Of a DNA stretch of 64,000 bases, positions 10,084 to 24,416 are shown in pieces. Source of the stretch: an uncultured Alistipes sp. Lineage in GTDB: Bacteria > Bacteroidota > Bacteroidia > Bacteroidales > Rikenellaceae. Each line of letters begins with the position of its first letter. Position 1 is the stretch's first letter. Made by a program: the position numbers and the translations under genes. Under the pieces are notes generated by a model that was not told where the DNA came from, made no database searches, and worked only from the letters and a program-made list of their open reading frames with translations. The stretch spans positions 31,657 to 95,656 of the forward strand of contig UQYM01000003.1 of assembly GCA_900545315.1 (NCBI GenBank). Direction: 5' to 3'.

Positions 10084-10506
10084 ATGACATTGACAGAAGT
10101 ACAAGATCAGATTATTGATGAGTTCTCCGTTTTTGACGAGTGGCTCGACAAATACGACTATCTGATCGATCTGAGCAAAGAGTTACCCGTCATCGACGAA
10201 AAGCATCGTACCGACCAGTATGTAATCAAAGGCTGTCAGTCACGAGTTTGGGTCGATGCCCGCATGGAGGATGGCAAGATCTATTTCAGCGCCGACAGCG
10301 ATGCAATCATCACCAAAGGAATCATTGCCCTGCTGATCCGCGTGCTGAACGGAAGGACCCCACAGGAGATTCTCGATTGCGATCTCTATTTCATTGATCG
10401 GATCGGGTTGCGCGAAAATCTTTCGCCAACTCGGGCCAACGGGCTGCTCGCCATGATCAAACAGATGAAGCTGTATGCCCTCGCATTTCAGAACCAAAAG
10501 AAGTAA
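10084..10506 (+). CDS. sufE: SufE-like cysteine desulfuration (Fe-S assembly sulfur acceptor) protein
   Basis: 140 aa. Conserved IKGCQSRVW active-site Cys region. Confidence 0.8.
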   Translation: MTLTEVQDQIIDEFSVFDEWLDKYDYLIDLSKELPVIDEKHRTDQYVIKGCQSRVWVDARMEDGKIYFSADSDAIITKGIIALLIRVLNGRTPQEILDCDLYFIDRIGLRENLSPTRANGLLAMIKQMKLYALAFQNQKK

Positions 10507-10511
10507 CCACC

Positions 10512-10835
10512 ATGACAACACCTGAAGAGATTACCCGTATAGAGCAGGAGATTGTCCTCACGCTCAAAAATATTTACGATCCTGAAATTCCGGTTAACAT
10601 CTACGATTTGGGATTGGTTTACGAAATCGACGTCGAACCGGACGGCGTAGTCAATATCCGCATGACGCTGACCGCTCCCAACTGCCCCATGGCCGACCAA
10701 CTGCTCGAAGAGGTACACAACAACGTCGGCAAAATCAAAGGAGTGACCGCAGTCAACGTGATCCTCACCTTCGAACCGCCCTGGGACAAAAGCATGATCT
10801 CAGAAGAGAGTCTCCTGGAATTGGGACTGCTTTAG
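10512..10835 (+). CDS. DUF59/MIP18-family Fe-S cluster assembly protein (SufT-like)
   Basis: 107 aa. YDPEIPVNIYDLGLVY and TLTAPNCPM motifs. Confidence 0.75.
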   Translation: MTTPEEITRIEQEIVLTLKNIYDPEIPVNIYDLGLVYEIDVEPDGVVNIRMTLTAPNCPMADQLLEEVHNNVGKIKGVTAVNVILTFEPPWDKSMISEESLLELGLL

Positions 10836-10899
10836 GCTGATTCCGGCTTCAGAAAAATTTAGATTCCTCAAAGTTAGGAATCGAGTCGAAAGATTATAA

Positions 10900-10946
10900 C
10901 AGGGACCAATGAAAGCATGTGGTTTTCATTGGTCCCTGCTTTTTGC
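10900..10946 (+). terminator. Rho-independent terminator after the SufE/SufT pair
   Basis: 15-bp stem CAGGGACCAATGAAA / TTTCATTGGTCCCTG, 9-nt loop, followed by CTTTTTG. Confidence 0.65.
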
Positions 10947-11189
10947 GTACTCTTGTGCCGGCAATCAACATGCTTTCTTCTTACATGTTACATGCGGTCT
11001 GTGGACTAACACGCTAAAACGCATTTAGGACCATCACCGTTTCCGATATCATAATCATAGCCACAATATAAGGTACGGAACTGCAATTGGATGCGATCCC
11101 CGAGTAGTAAAGGCTAAAAACTGCAATTGCACTTGTCTCTCCTCTCACCTTTGCTTATCTTTGTTTACAGGGAAATCTCCGAGATCGTT

Positions 11190-12485
11190 ATGCAAACTAC
11201 ACCCATAGAAGAATTTTTAAAACTCATCTGGATCCGACATCTTTACACCAATCCGGAATTGACTACCAGCAGTGGAGATACGATTCGTGTGATCAGTCCA
11301 GGCACCATCAATCCCGCACCAGGAGTCGATATTATCGATGCCCGCATCGAGATCAACGGCAAGATCCATCATGGTCCCATCGCCGTGCATCAAAAGGCCT
11401 CCCAATGGCGCCAACACTTGCACCATATCGACACCGCATACGACGATTGCATTTTGCATCTTGTCCAGGTAAACGACGCTGTGGTTTGCCGCGTGGATGG
11501 TTCGGTCATTCCGGCACTCATTCTCGACTATCCGGATGAACTGGGCGACCTCTACCGCAACCTGATCGAAGGAGAAGGACGCCTCTATTGCAGCCACGCC
11601 CTCAAAGAGATGCCCGCCGTAAATCTTTACAGCACACTTACCCGTCTGATGATCGAACGGCTCGAACGCAAATACAACGATTTTCTTACCCTCTACCGCG
11701 AATCGGGCAACGACTGGAACGAAGCGTTCTACATTACGCTGTTCAGATCGGTCGGAGCCGGCCGAAACCGGGAGGCCTACATGAAATTGGCCCGAACGGT
11801 CCCCTACCGCATTCTGTGTCGGGTCAAAGAGTCGATCATGTCGGTTGAAGCCCTGCTGTTGGGTGGTGCGGGAATGCTCTCCACGGAACGGAGCCGCCTG
11901 TTCCCGGATGACTACACGCTCCAGCTGCAACGCGAATTCGAACATCTTGCCCAACTCTTCGACATTGTCCCGATGCGCTACGGCGAATGGGAGATTTCCA
12001 AAACTCGCGCCTTTAACCATCCCGTATTACGGTTGGTAGAATTGGCAGGACTACTGGCTCGTAAAGAATTTTTGTTTACCCATCTTGTCAACTGCACTAC
12101 ACTGGAGGAGATCCGCAAAATCTTGAGCACTGAAGCCTCCGCATACTGGACCACGCACACTTTACCCAGTGTCAAAAGTTCGCCCTGTGTCAAACGTTTC
12201 GGAGCCATGATGCTCGATGTACTCACCATCAATCTGGTGGTTCCAATGATGTTTGCCTACGGTAAAAATCAGATGGACGACGCACTGCAAGAACGGGCGG
12301 TCGAACTACTCGAAGGAATCGCTCCGGAGCACAACACCTACACCATGCCCTGGATCAAATTGGGCATTGTACCCGACAACGCCTTCTTTTCCCAAGCGCT
12401 GATACAACTTTCGAGAGAATACTGTGAGAAAAAACGGTGCGCATGCTGTAATATCGGCAAAATATTGCTCTGTTCTCAAGAATAA
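11190..12485 (+). CDS. DUF2851 family protein
   Basis: About 430 aa; a Bacteroidota-typical conserved hypothetical. I chose the start at MQTTPIEEF, an internal Met of the track ORF. Confidence 0.7.
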   Translation: MQTTPIEEFLKLIWIRHLYTNPELTTSSGDTIRVISPGTINPAPGVDIIDARIEINGKIHHGPIAVHQKASQWRQHLHHIDTAYDDCILHLVQVNDAVVCRVDGSVIPALILDYPDELGDLYRNLIEGEGRLYCSHALKEMPAVNLYSTLTRLMIERLERKYNDFLTLYRESGNDWNEAFYITLFRSVGAGRNREAYMKLARTVPYRILCRVKESIMSVEALLLGGAGMLSTERSRLFPDDYTLQLQREFEHLAQLFDIVPMRYGEWEISKTRAFNHPVLRLVELAGLLARKEFLFTHLVNCTTLEEIRKILSTEASAYWTTHTLPSVKSSPCVKRFGAMMLDVLTINLVVPMMFAYGKNQMDDALQERAVELLEGIAPEHNTYTMPWIKLGIVPDNAFFSQALIQLSREYCEKKRCACCNIGKILLCSQE

Positions 12486-12551
12486 ATCGTATCTTTAGCA
12501 GATCAATTTTGAAACCTAATTCAATTACAAATAGTTTTTCCAACGACAATT

Positions 12552-15839
<3,288 letters not shown>

Positions 15840-15860
15840 CACACAATCATAATAAATAAG

Positions 15861-15900
15861 AAGGGGCGCAGAAAGAGAAACTTTCTGCGCCCCTTTTGTT
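15861..15900 (+). terminator. Rho-independent terminator of secA
   Basis: AAGGGGCGCAGAAAG-loop-CTTTCTGCGCCCCTT followed by TTGTT. Confidence 0.7.
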
Positions 15901-16152
15901 ATTGCCGGCAATCTAGATTTTAACATTTTTGGTGCGAATTCGGCGACAGATATTATGTATGCAGCATATCCATCCTCTACGTCAGCAAATCTTTGGGAAT
16001 GAACTTTTAGCATTGGGGAGAAACTCTTTCATTACATAAGTCATCTCACACCAAATGCAAACCCAAAGGACTCAATCGGCCATACCATCAGTTAATCTCA
16101 ATTGATCTCTGTAACAGCAAGCAAATTCGAGCTACATATAGGAATGCTCCGA

Positions 16153-16182
16153 CAAAAATAGGCGGCCCTTGAAGAACCGCCT
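16153..16182 (-). terminator. Terminator downstream of xseB
   Basis: Hairpin AGGCGGCCC...GGGCCGCCT with ATTTTTG on the minus strand, 23 nt after the xseB stop. Confidence 0.55.
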
Positions 16183-16204
16183 GTTACACATCTCTTTTTA
16201 CCTC

Positions 16205-16399
16205 TTACTCCTCTTTGAGCGCTTCAGCTACCTCGGTTTCTGCCTTGCGTAACTTTTCACGACACAACTTAATCAACTCCGATGCCCGTTTCACCTGAGC
16301 TCCCAGCTCATCCACATTCATCTGGGCATCGTTGAACTTTTCCAAAATCCCTTCGATCTCCTCAATCGCTTGGGTATAAGAGGGCTGCTTCTTTTCCAT
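16205..16399 (-). CDS. xseB: Exodeoxyribonuclease VII small subunit
   Basis: About 65 aa. SYTQAIEEIEGILEKFN is an XseB-typical helix. Start chosen at the internal Met. Confidence 0.8.
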   Translation of the reverse strand: MEKKQPSYTQAIEEIEGILEKFNDAQMNVDELGAQVKRASELIKLCREKLRKAETEVAEALKEE

Positions 16400-16488
16400 A
16401 TGACTATAACACTTTTCTATTCCACTCAAAAGAGGACTATACGCAACGAACACCTACCAACACTGCTATTGTTCGCTGCACCTCCCCA

Positions 16489-17910
16489 TTACTGCTGTTT
16501 TGTATTCTGTTGTTTTGCCCGGCTGGACTTGCGTGACGGATGCAACTCACGCACCTCAGCATCGGCCGAGCCATCATACCATACAATACGGATCTCATCT
16601 CCCGGACGGACATCGCGCACCGATGTCAAATGGTGACCACCGGACTGGACCAATGCAAATCCCAACTCCAACATCCGTTTCGGATCTCGCGTCACAATTC
16701 GGTCACTCAACAGCTCTAACTGCTGACGGTGGCTCTGCAACACAGACCGACTACGATCCACCAATAGATCTCGACAGGTATCCAACTGGCGAACACAGTT
16801 CTGCAAGGCATACCTTACCGACTGCGTTAATTGGGTATGCAGATTCTGCAAGTTGCCCAAACCTCTGTACACCACCTGCCCGGTCAATCGCACCAAATCA
16901 CCTTGCAATCGCTCCAAACGTAACTGCTGTTGGTGCATCCGCTCCGACAGCTCCAATTTCAAAGCGACCGCAGCCTGTTGCAGACGTTGTCGTTCCTCAT
17001 CAAGCAAAGTCACAGCTTGACTGGACAACTCTTCGAAACGCTCTTGCAACCAATCGTCAAATGCCGCACAACGATCCTTCAAATAGACCGCTACCGCGGT
17101 CGGGGTTTTGACCGAAACCGCAGCAACCATATCGGCCACACTTTGATCCTTGTCGTGTCCAATACCCGCAATCACCGGGAGCGGAAATTGTGCCAAATGA
17201 CAGCAAAGACGATAGCTGTCAAAACAGCCCAGATCGCTCTGCGATCCACCACCACGAATCACCACAACAGCATCAAAATCATCGCTGCGATCCGCCACAG
17301 CCCCCAACGCTGCAATGATCGAATCTTCGGCTCCAGCCCCCTGCATAAAGGCATCAAAAAGCTCCACCTCGAAACGGTACAATCCATTTGCCAACTCTTT
17401 GCAAAAGTCCTGGTAACCGGCCGCATTCCGCGAAGAGACAACTGCCACGCGCTGAATCACAACGGGTAGTTCCAATTCGCGATTCATATCATAGACCCCA
17501 TCCTCCTGTAACCGGGCAATGGTCTCCTGGCGCTGACGTTCCATATCGCCCAGCGTATAGGCCGGATCGATATCCGTGATCTGTAACGACAAGCCGTAAA
17601 GCTCATGATACGAAACGACCACCTTCACCAACACCTGCAACCCGGCAGCCAGCGTCTGTCCTGTCATCTGCCGGAAATAGGGCTCCAGCATCGCATAGGT
17701 ACTGCGCCAAATAACTGCGTTAGCCTTAGCTTTGGGAACATGATTCGCTCCACCCTTCTCGACCAGTTCAAGATAACAGTGACCGGAATAGTTTACCTTC
17801 AACTCGCTGATCTCAGCCGTCACCCAATACGGCAACGGATGCGCCCGGTCTATACCGGCCTTGATCATGGCCTGCAGGCCACTAAGCGATATGGATTCGG
17901 AATGGGGCAT
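16489..17910 (-). CDS. xseA: Exodeoxyribonuclease VII large subunit
   Basis: 473 aa. N-terminal OB-fold (VTAEISELKVNYSGHCYLELVEK) and catalytic core (VVIRGGGSQSDL). Confidence 0.9.
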   Translation of the reverse strand: MPHSESISLSGLQAMIKAGIDRAHPLPYWVTAEISELKVNYSGHCYLELVEKGGANHVPKAKANAVIWRSTYAMLEPYFRQMTGQTLAAGLQVLVKVVVSYHELYGLSLQITDIDPAYTLGDMERQRQETIARLQEDGVYDMNRELELPVVIQRVAVVSSRNAAGYQDFCKELANGLYRFEVELFDAFMQGAGAEDSIIAALGAVADRSDDFDAVVVIRGGGSQSDLGCFDSYRLCCHLAQFPLPVIAGIGHDKDQSVADMVAAVSVKTPTAVAVYLKDRCAAFDDWLQERFEELSSQAVTLLDEERQRLQQAAVALKLELSERMHQQQLRLERLQGDLVRLTGQVVYRGLGNLQNLHTQLTQSVRYALQNCVRQLDTCRDLLVDRSRSVLQSHRQQLELLSDRIVTRDPKRMLELGFALVQSGGHHLTSVRDVRPGDEIRIVWYDGSADAEVRELHPSRKSSRAKQQNTKQQ

Positions 17911-17911
17911 G

Positions 17912-20095
17912 CTAATTATTTACACGGAACACCTTCTGCATTCCCTTTATCTTCATCAATTTATACACCACCGTCTCCACAACCTGCGTGCTGGTCACCT
18001 CGATATTGATCAAACCGGAGAGTACCCCTCCTGCCGAATTGAGACTCATCGAACGGATATTGATCTTCAATTCACTGTTGATCACCTCGGTAATCTTATT
18101 GACCAAACCGGGAACATCATCCGCCTGAATCCGAACCGTCGCACGGAACGAACCGTGAGCCGCCTCCTTCTGCCAACGGGCCGGCAGAACCCGATACGGA
18201 TAGCGTTCCTTCAAACGCATCGCATTGGGACAGTCGTGACGATGGATGGTGATTCCATTATTAATGGTCGTGAAGGCAAAGATATCGTCACCATAAATCG
18301 GATTGCAACATTTCGCCAACTTGTACTCAATATTGCTCAGAGACTCATCAATAATCAATGCATCATCAGCATCCGAAGTAGATTTGGTCGCAACCGTTTT
18401 AACCTGCCGTACTTCGTCTGGCGTCTCATTATCCAACAGACGAGTCAACACATCCTTCACCTCACCAATAACGATCCTCTGCTGTGCAATCTGACCGTAC
18501 AACTCCGTACCGGTCTTAAACTTGTAATATTTACAGAGCATCGTCACTGCATCATCCATCGCTACCGGCAGCTTCCAGTTCTTCAATTTGCGCTCCAGCT
18601 CCTCACGGCCCAAACTGGCCGCCTTTGCCTGCTCCTCTCGCAAATAGGCCTTGATCTTGTTCCGGGCCTTGCTCGTCGTCACAATGTTCAGCCAATCAGC
18701 TTTAGGCTTCTGGGTCTTGGAGGTCAGGATCTCGACAATATCACCGTTTTTCAGCTGCTCTTTAAACGAGACATTGCGATGGTTAACCTTACCTCCTACA
18801 CACGTAGCCCCCAAATTGGAGTGAATATCAAAGGCAAAATCCAAAACGGTTGCCCCTTCATTCAATTTACGTAAATCACCGTTCGGGGTAAAGACAAAAA
18901 TCTCTCCCGACGACAACTTGATATTGAACTTATCCGCACGGGGCTGATTTTCGGTCGCTTCGATCAGCTCCCGAATCCGACTGAACCACTCCTCCGTGCC
19001 CAAACCATCATTCTTGACCCCTTTGTAACGCCAGTGGGCCGCCACTCCCCTTTCGGCAATCTCATCCATACGCTCCGTACGGATTTGGATCTCAACCCAA
19101 CGCCCATCAGGCGTAACTACTGTCGTATGCAACGACTCGTAACCATTCGATTTGGGGATCGAAATCCAATCTCGCATACGATCCGGATTGGGCGTATAAA
19201 AGTCGGTCACGATCGAATAGATTGCCCAGCAACAGGCCTTCTCCTGTTCACGCGGACAGTCCAGAATGATTCGAATCGCAAAAAGATCGTACACCTCGTC
19301 AAAACCGATATGCATGCGCTTCATCTTGCGCCAAATCGAATAGATCGACTTGGTTCGGCTCTTGAGGTGGTACTTGAAGTTCTGCTGCTTCATCTTCTCC
19401 TCGATCGGCTTCACAAACTCCTTGATAAAGGCCTCACGTTCGGCAGCCGTATCCTCCAACCGACGTAAAATATAATTGTAATCCTCCGGTTCCAGATACT
19501 TGAGCGATATATCCTCAAGCTCCGATTTTACGTTGTAGAGGCCCAATTTATGCGCTATCTGCGAGTAGAGATTCAAACTCTCCCAAGACTTTTTTAACCG
19601 TTTTTCGGGCGGGAACATCTCCAGCTTCCGCATCACCTCGAGACGATCGGCCAACTTGATCAGAATAACCCGCGGATCTGAAGCGTAAGAGACGATCAAC
19701 TCTCTGAAATTATCCACCTGATCCTCAGCAGCCTTCGTATCCACGTCTGAAATATTGCACAACCCTTTCAGAATGCCGATACATTGCTCACCGTAGTGTC
19801 GTCCGATCGAGTTGAGATTCATCAACTCCAACCGTACCACATCATGCAACAGAGTCGAAATAACCGAATTACGTCCCAATCCGATTTCTCGAATCACAAT
19901 GGTGGCCGTATCCACCGAGTGCATCACCAATGGAGTTCCATCGTAACGGGTCATTCCATCGAGCTTTTCGATGGCAACACGTAATGCAGACTTGACCAAA
20001 TGATGACTGGCCTCACTGAAATATCCTTGCGACAATTTCAGAAAAGGCTCAACATATTCAGGAAACGTTTGATTGTCCAATACCTCGGCTTCCAT
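17912..20095 (-). CDS. relA: Bifunctional (p)ppGpp synthetase/hydrolase, RelA/SpoT family
   Basis: 727 aa. HD domain, synthetase domain, TGS and ACT regions. Its stop abuts the xseA start, so an operon is likely. Confidence 0.9.
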   Translation of the reverse strand: MEAEVLDNQTFPEYVEPFLKLSQGYFSEASHHLVKSALRVAIEKLDGMTRYDGTPLVMHSVDTATIVIREIGLGRNSVISTLLHDVVRLELMNLNSIGRHYGEQCIGILKGLCNISDVDTKAAEDQVDNFRELIVSYASDPRVILIKLADRLEVMRKLEMFPPEKRLKKSWESLNLYSQIAHKLGLYNVKSELEDISLKYLEPEDYNYILRRLEDTAAEREAFIKEFVKPIEEKMKQQNFKYHLKSRTKSIYSIWRKMKRMHIGFDEVYDLFAIRIILDCPREQEKACCWAIYSIVTDFYTPNPDRMRDWISIPKSNGYESLHTTVVTPDGRWVEIQIRTERMDEIAERGVAAHWRYKGVKNDGLGTEEWFSRIRELIEATENQPRADKFNIKLSSGEIFVFTPNGDLRKLNEGATVLDFAFDIHSNLGATCVGGKVNHRNVSFKEQLKNGDIVEILTSKTQKPKADWLNIVTTSKARNKIKAYLREEQAKAASLGREELERKLKNWKLPVAMDDAVTMLCKYYKFKTGTELYGQIAQQRIVIGEVKDVLTRLLDNETPDEVRQVKTVATKSTSDADDALIIDESLSNIEYKLAKCCNPIYGDDIFAFTTINNGITIHRHDCPNAMRLKERYPYRVLPARWQKEAAHGSFRATVRIQADDVPGLVNKITEVINSELKINIRSMSLNSAGGVLSGLINIEVTSTQVVETVVYKLMKIKGMQKVFRVNN

Positions 20096-20376
20096 AATTC
20101 CGGGAGATTTATATTTTGCTGAAAGATACTAAATAAATTTAAGAATAACGCGTGATACTTCGGAAAATCCGCCTACGGATTTAGTTGGAACAGGCAGTAT
20201 GGGTCATTAACACTGGAGTACAAACAGTTCGATGAGACAAAATCCTTTCATACATCAGCCACTGAGCAAACCTAATTTTCGCTATTAAATACATGACTCT
20301 ATTCTAATTATCACACTCAACCACACAACGCTCCCAGCGGCACACTGAAATAACACAGCAACATGCCCCTAACATA

Positions 20377-20411
20377 AAAAACAATCCGGAAGCGTTTAAT
20401 ACGCTTCCGGA
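20377..20411 (-). terminator. Terminator of aspA
   Basis: Palindrome AATCCGGAAGCG-TTTAATA-CGCTTCCGGATT preceded by AAAAAAC on the plus strand (T-run on the minus strand). Confidence 0.55.
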
Positions 20412-20508
20412 TTGATATGAATCAAATGTAAATGATTCGCACAGGATTCTTACCCACAGCCAGGAACCTATTTCCCACCAGCGGCAAGACTACCACCTGT
20501 CGAACCGA

Positions 20509-21942
20509 CTACTTATGATAGAATTTACGTGGTTTGATCATATTCTCCGGCAAGAGGACATTGTCCAACTCCTCTTTGCTCATCAACTTCTTCTCCAAAA
20601 CCAGCTCATAGATACCTTTACCGGTCTTGAGCGCCGTCTTGGCCAATTCCGTCGAGGTCTCATAACCCAAATAGGGATTCAACGCCGTAACCAGTCCAAT
20701 ACTGTTGTAAACCAACTTGCGGCAAACCTCCTCGTTGGCAGTAATGCCCGATACACAACGATCACGCAGCGTATTCATGCCGTTGCTCAGCAGATCGATG
20801 CTTTCAAACAGGCTATGTACGATAATCGGCTCCATCACATTCAGCTCCAACTGACCGGCCTCAGCCGCCATCGTCACGGTCAAGTCATTACCAATCACCT
20901 TGAAAGCCACCTGATTGACAACCTCCGGAATCACCGGATTCACCTTACCGGGCATAATTGAAGATCCTGGCTGCATCGGAGGCAGATTGATCTCGTTGAG
21001 TCCGGTACGAGGACCTGAAGACAGCAGACGCAAATCGTTGCAAATCTTCGACAATTTAACCGCCAAACGTTTCAGAGCCGAAGAGTTCATAATAAACGCT
21101 CCGGTATCATTGGTTGCCTCGATCATATTGGTCGCTGCCACAACCGGCAGACCGGTAATCTGACGCAGATACTTAATACACAACGGAGAATAATCAGGAT
21201 CAGCGTTGATACCCGTACCAATTGCCGTAGCTCCCATGTTGACCTCCAGGAAGAGTTTATAGTTTTGCTCCAAACGTTCAACCTCCTCTGTCAACGTTGC
21301 CGCATAGGCTTCAAACTCCTGACCGAGTGTCATCGGAACCGCATCCTGCAACTGGGTACGTCCCATTTTGATCACATGCGCAAACTCAGCACCTTTGGCA
21401 TGGAATGCCTCCACTAACCATTTCAGCGATAACTCAAGTTTCGAAATGCTGTTGATCAACGCAATCTTCACCGCAGTCGGATAGGCATCATTGGTCGATT
21501 GCGACATATTGACATCGTTGTTCGGATGGCAATATTTGTACTCGCCACGCTGGTGACCCAGAATCTCCAATGCGCGGTTGGCAATCACCTCGTTGGCATT
21601 CATATTGGTTGAAGTACCGGCACCACCTTGAACCATATCCACTACAAAATGGTCATCCAGTTTACCGGCCCGAACCTCCTCACAAGCCTCAATAATTGCC
21701 TGTGCGACATGACCGTCGATCAAACCCAGATCGCGATTGGCCATTGCGGCAGCCTCCTTGACCATGGCCAACGCCTTGATCAACTCGGGGAAAAAGTATA
21801 GCCGGACACGGCTGATATTGAAGTTTTCGATGGCACGCATCGTCTGCACACCGAAATAAAACTCCACGGGAACCTCTTTGTTTCCCAGTAGATCGTGTTC
21901 CGTACGGGTCTTGCCCGAAAGCTGACTTCGTGTAATATCCAT
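20509..21942 (-). CDS. aspA: Aspartate ammonia-lyase
   Basis: The N-terminus DLLGNKEVPVEFYFGVQTMRAIENF is aspartase-type. The GSSIMPGKVNPVIPEVVNQVAFKVIG signature matches AspA rather than FumC. Confidence 0.85.
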   Translation of the reverse strand: MDITRSQLSGKTRTEHDLLGNKEVPVEFYFGVQTMRAIENFNISRVRLYFFPELIKALAMVKEAAAMANRDLGLIDGHVAQAIIEACEEVRAGKLDDHFVVDMVQGGAGTSTNMNANEVIANRALEILGHQRGEYKYCHPNNDVNMSQSTNDAYPTAVKIALINSISKLELSLKWLVEAFHAKGAEFAHVIKMGRTQLQDAVPMTLGQEFEAYAATLTEEVERLEQNYKLFLEVNMGATAIGTGINADPDYSPLCIKYLRQITGLPVVAATNMIEATNDTGAFIMNSSALKRLAVKLSKICNDLRLLSSGPRTGLNEINLPPMQPGSSIMPGKVNPVIPEVVNQVAFKVIGNDLTVTMAAEAGQLELNVMEPIIVHSLFESIDLLSNGMNTLRDRCVSGITANEEVCRKLVYNSIGLVTALNPYLGYETSTELAKTALKTGKGIYELVLEKKLMSKEELDNVLLPENMIKPRKFYHK

Positions 21943-21994
21943 AATTCGGGAAATTATTGTGTTTTATTAGTAAATCACATAAAAATATACGCGA

Positions 21995-22035
21995 AATTAA
22001 TCAATTTCGCGTATATACGTAATAATTTTCAACAA
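21995..22035 (-). terminator. Perfect 13-bp AT-rich palindrome (TATACGCGAAATT..AATTTCGCGTATA) with a T-run. Probable pyrF terminator and possible operator upstream of aspA.
   Basis: Seen directly. It lies between the pyrF stop and the aspA start. Confidence 0.45.
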
Positions 22036-22172
22036 AATCTCCCGATGATTTTTTCTTGAGGGAATAGATCAGGTTTTACTCGCTTTTCATGTGCACCTTC
22101 GAGGTGAAAAAAGCCTCAAATTGAGCCTTCAACCATAAGGAATAAGCCTGATCCCAGCAGCGTGGAACGGGA

Positions 22173-22997
22173 TTAGAGGTATTGATCCATCAGCTGTGCC
22201 ATCTGGGCCGCCAACTCAGCAGCCTTCTCACCGGCAGCCTCTGCAAAACGCTCACCGTTATCGGCATAAATAATGCCACGCGACGAGTTGACCAACAGAC
22301 CACAACGGCGGTTCATGCCATATTTGGCCACCTCTTCGAGGCTTCCGCCCTGCGCTCCGACCCCCGGCACCAAAAGGAAATGGTCCGGAATCAACTCACG
22401 GATACCTTTCAACATTTTGGCTTTGGTGGCACCGACCACATACATCAAATTATCGGTCGTTCCCCACTCCTTCGAAGCATCAATCACCTTCTCATACAAG
22501 TAACCGCCATCCTCCAAAGGCAACATCTCAAAATCAGCTGCACTCGGGTTGGACGAAAGAGCTACAATAACAGCCCATTTTCCATCGAATTGCAGGAAAG
22601 GATCGACGGTATCCCGTCCCATGTAGGGTGACAAGGTTACTGCATCGAACTGATATTCTGAAAAGAATACGCGTGCATACATTTTCGAAGTATTACCGAT
22701 ATCGCCACGTTTGGCATCTGCGATTACAAACAGATCGGGATATTTCTCACGGATATACTCCAATGTGCGGCGCAAACTAATCATTCCTTTTTCGCCACAA
22801 TCTTCATAGAAGGCCAGATTGGGTTTATAGCAGACGGCGTACTGAGCAGTTGCATCGACAATTGCTTTGTTGAAGGCGAAGAGAGGATCCTCTTCGGCCA
22901 GCAAGTGGCGCGGTATCTTGTTCATGTCACTATCGAGTCCTACGCAAAGGAAACTGCGTTTAGCCTTAATCTGTTCAAAAAGCTGATCAGCATTCAT
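22173..22997 (-). CDS. pyrF: Orotidine 5'-phosphate decarboxylase (long, type 2)
   Basis: 274 aa. [13 protein letters not shown] catalytic motif. Confidence 0.85.
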   Translation of the reverse strand: MNADQLFEQIKAKRSFLCVGLDSDMNKIPRHLLAEEDPLFAFNKAIVDATAQYAVCYKPNLAFYEDCGEKGMISLRRTLEYIREKYPDLFVIADAKRGDIGNTSKMYARVFFSEYQFDAVTLSPYMGRDTVDPFLQFDGKWAVIVALSSNPSAADFEMLPLEDGGYLYEKVIDASKEWGTTDNLMYVVGATKAKMLKGIRELIPDHFLLVPGVGAQGGSLEEVAKYGMNRRCGLLVNSSRGIIYADNGERFAEAAGEKAAELAAQMAQLMDQYL

Positions 22998-23258
22998 AAC
23001 GATAAGATTTATTATTTCATTAGTACACCTTTACTCAAATCAAAGAAAAGTTAAAAGCACCTGAATTAACAAAAGAGGCGAACGGCTTGCGCGTATTGTG
23101 GTTGCTCAATTTTGGCATGCATCCACCCGTAACGTCATACGACTCTTGCAGCAGATAGACAGGGGGCCATTCGCGATCAACACATGTTTCCCCCGAAAAG
23201 AAGCTCCACTCAACTGGGCACCTTGCGTACATACGAACAATGGACCTCGCGCAATCGA

Positions 23259-24347
23259 TTAATTCTCTTCGCTGGCACGGAGACGCTCGGCATTCTCGGC
23301 CACCTGCAACTTGTCGATAATCTCCTGCAAGTCACCATCCATAACCGCCGCCAAATTATACAGCGTCAGGTTGATGCGGTGATCGGTTACACGTCCCTGA
23401 GGATAGTTGTAGGTGCGGATTTTCGCACTGCGGTCACCGGTCGAAACCATGGTTTTACGTTTCGAGGCAATCTCATCCAGATATTTCTGATACTCCAGGT
23501 TGTAAATACGAGTACGCAACTCTTCGAATGCCTTATCGAAGTTTTTAAGCTGTGATTTCTGATCCTGACACTGAACGACAATACCGGTCGGGATGTGGGT
23601 CAGACGAATTGCCGAATAAGTCGTGTTGACCGACTGGCCACCCGGACCCGATGCACAGAAAATGTCTTTGCGGATATCGTTCATATTGATCTCGAGATCA
23701 AACTCCTCTGCCTCCGGCAATACAGCAACCGAAGCAGCCGAGGTGTGCACACGTCCCTGAGTCTCAGTCTGTGGCACACGTTGCACACGGTGCACACCCG
23801 ACTCATATTTCAATACGCCATACACATGATCGCCTGTCACTTTCATTACAATCTCCTTGAAACCACCCGCACTGCCTTCGCTGGCACTGTTGATCTCGTA
23901 TTTCCAGCCCTTCTTCTCGATAAATTTGGTGTACATCCGGAAAAGGTCGCCGGCAAAGATAGCCGCCTCGTCACCACCCGTACCTCCACGAATCTCGACA
24001 ATCGCATTTTTGCTATCCTGCGGGTCAGCCGGAATCAACAGCAGCTTGATCTGCTCCTCCATCTGAGCCAAAGCTGGCTCCAGTTCGGCAACCTCCATGC
24101 GGGCCATCTCACGCAACTCCTCATCCTTCTCATGAGCCAAAATCTCTTTGGCCTCCTCGAGGTTGTTCAACGCCGTACGATATTTATCGCTCGTCTCAAC
24201 AATCGGCTGAAGCTCTTTGTACTCTTTGTTCAGCGCGACGAATTTCTTGACATCGGCAATCACTTCGGGGTCAGTCATCTGCTGACCAATCTCTTCATAT
24301 TTGATTTTCAGGCCATCAAGGCGCGTAAGAATCGAATTGTCCGCCAT
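23259..24347 (-). CDS. prfA: Peptide chain release factor 1
   Basis: GGQ motif (SGPGGQSVNTT) and RF1-type PAT-region context. Start chosen at MADNSILTRL. Confidence 0.9.
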   Translation of the reverse strand: MADNSILTRLDGLKIKYEEIGQQMTDPEVIADVKKFVALNKEYKELQPIVETSDKYRTALNNLEEAKEILAHEKDEELREMARMEVAELEPALAQMEEQIKLLLIPADPQDSKNAIVEIRGGTGGDEAAIFAGDLFRMYTKFIEKKGWKYEINSASEGSAGGFKEIVMKVTGDHVYGVLKYESGVHRVQRVPQTETQGRVHTSAASVAVLPEAEEFDLEINMNDIRKDIFCASGPGGQSVNTTYSAIRLTHIPTGIVVQCQDQKSQLKNFDKAFEELRTRIYNLEYQKYLDEIASKRKTMVSTGDRSAKIRTYNYPQGRVTDHRINLTLYNLAAVMDGDLQEIIDKLQVAENAERLRASEEN

Positions 24348-24416
24348 AAGGTATGCAACTGTTTTTGAATGGACAAAGATAGACATTTTTTTGTTTTTTC
24401 GTATCTTGCGCCTCCG

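Noticed and set aside
20509-21942. Class II fumarate hydratase (FumC) call for the aspartase-family gene
   Set aside because: The signature GSSIMPGKVNPVIPEVVNQVAFKVIG and the N-terminus match AspA rather than FumC. A separate class I fumarase is present at 60347..61957.
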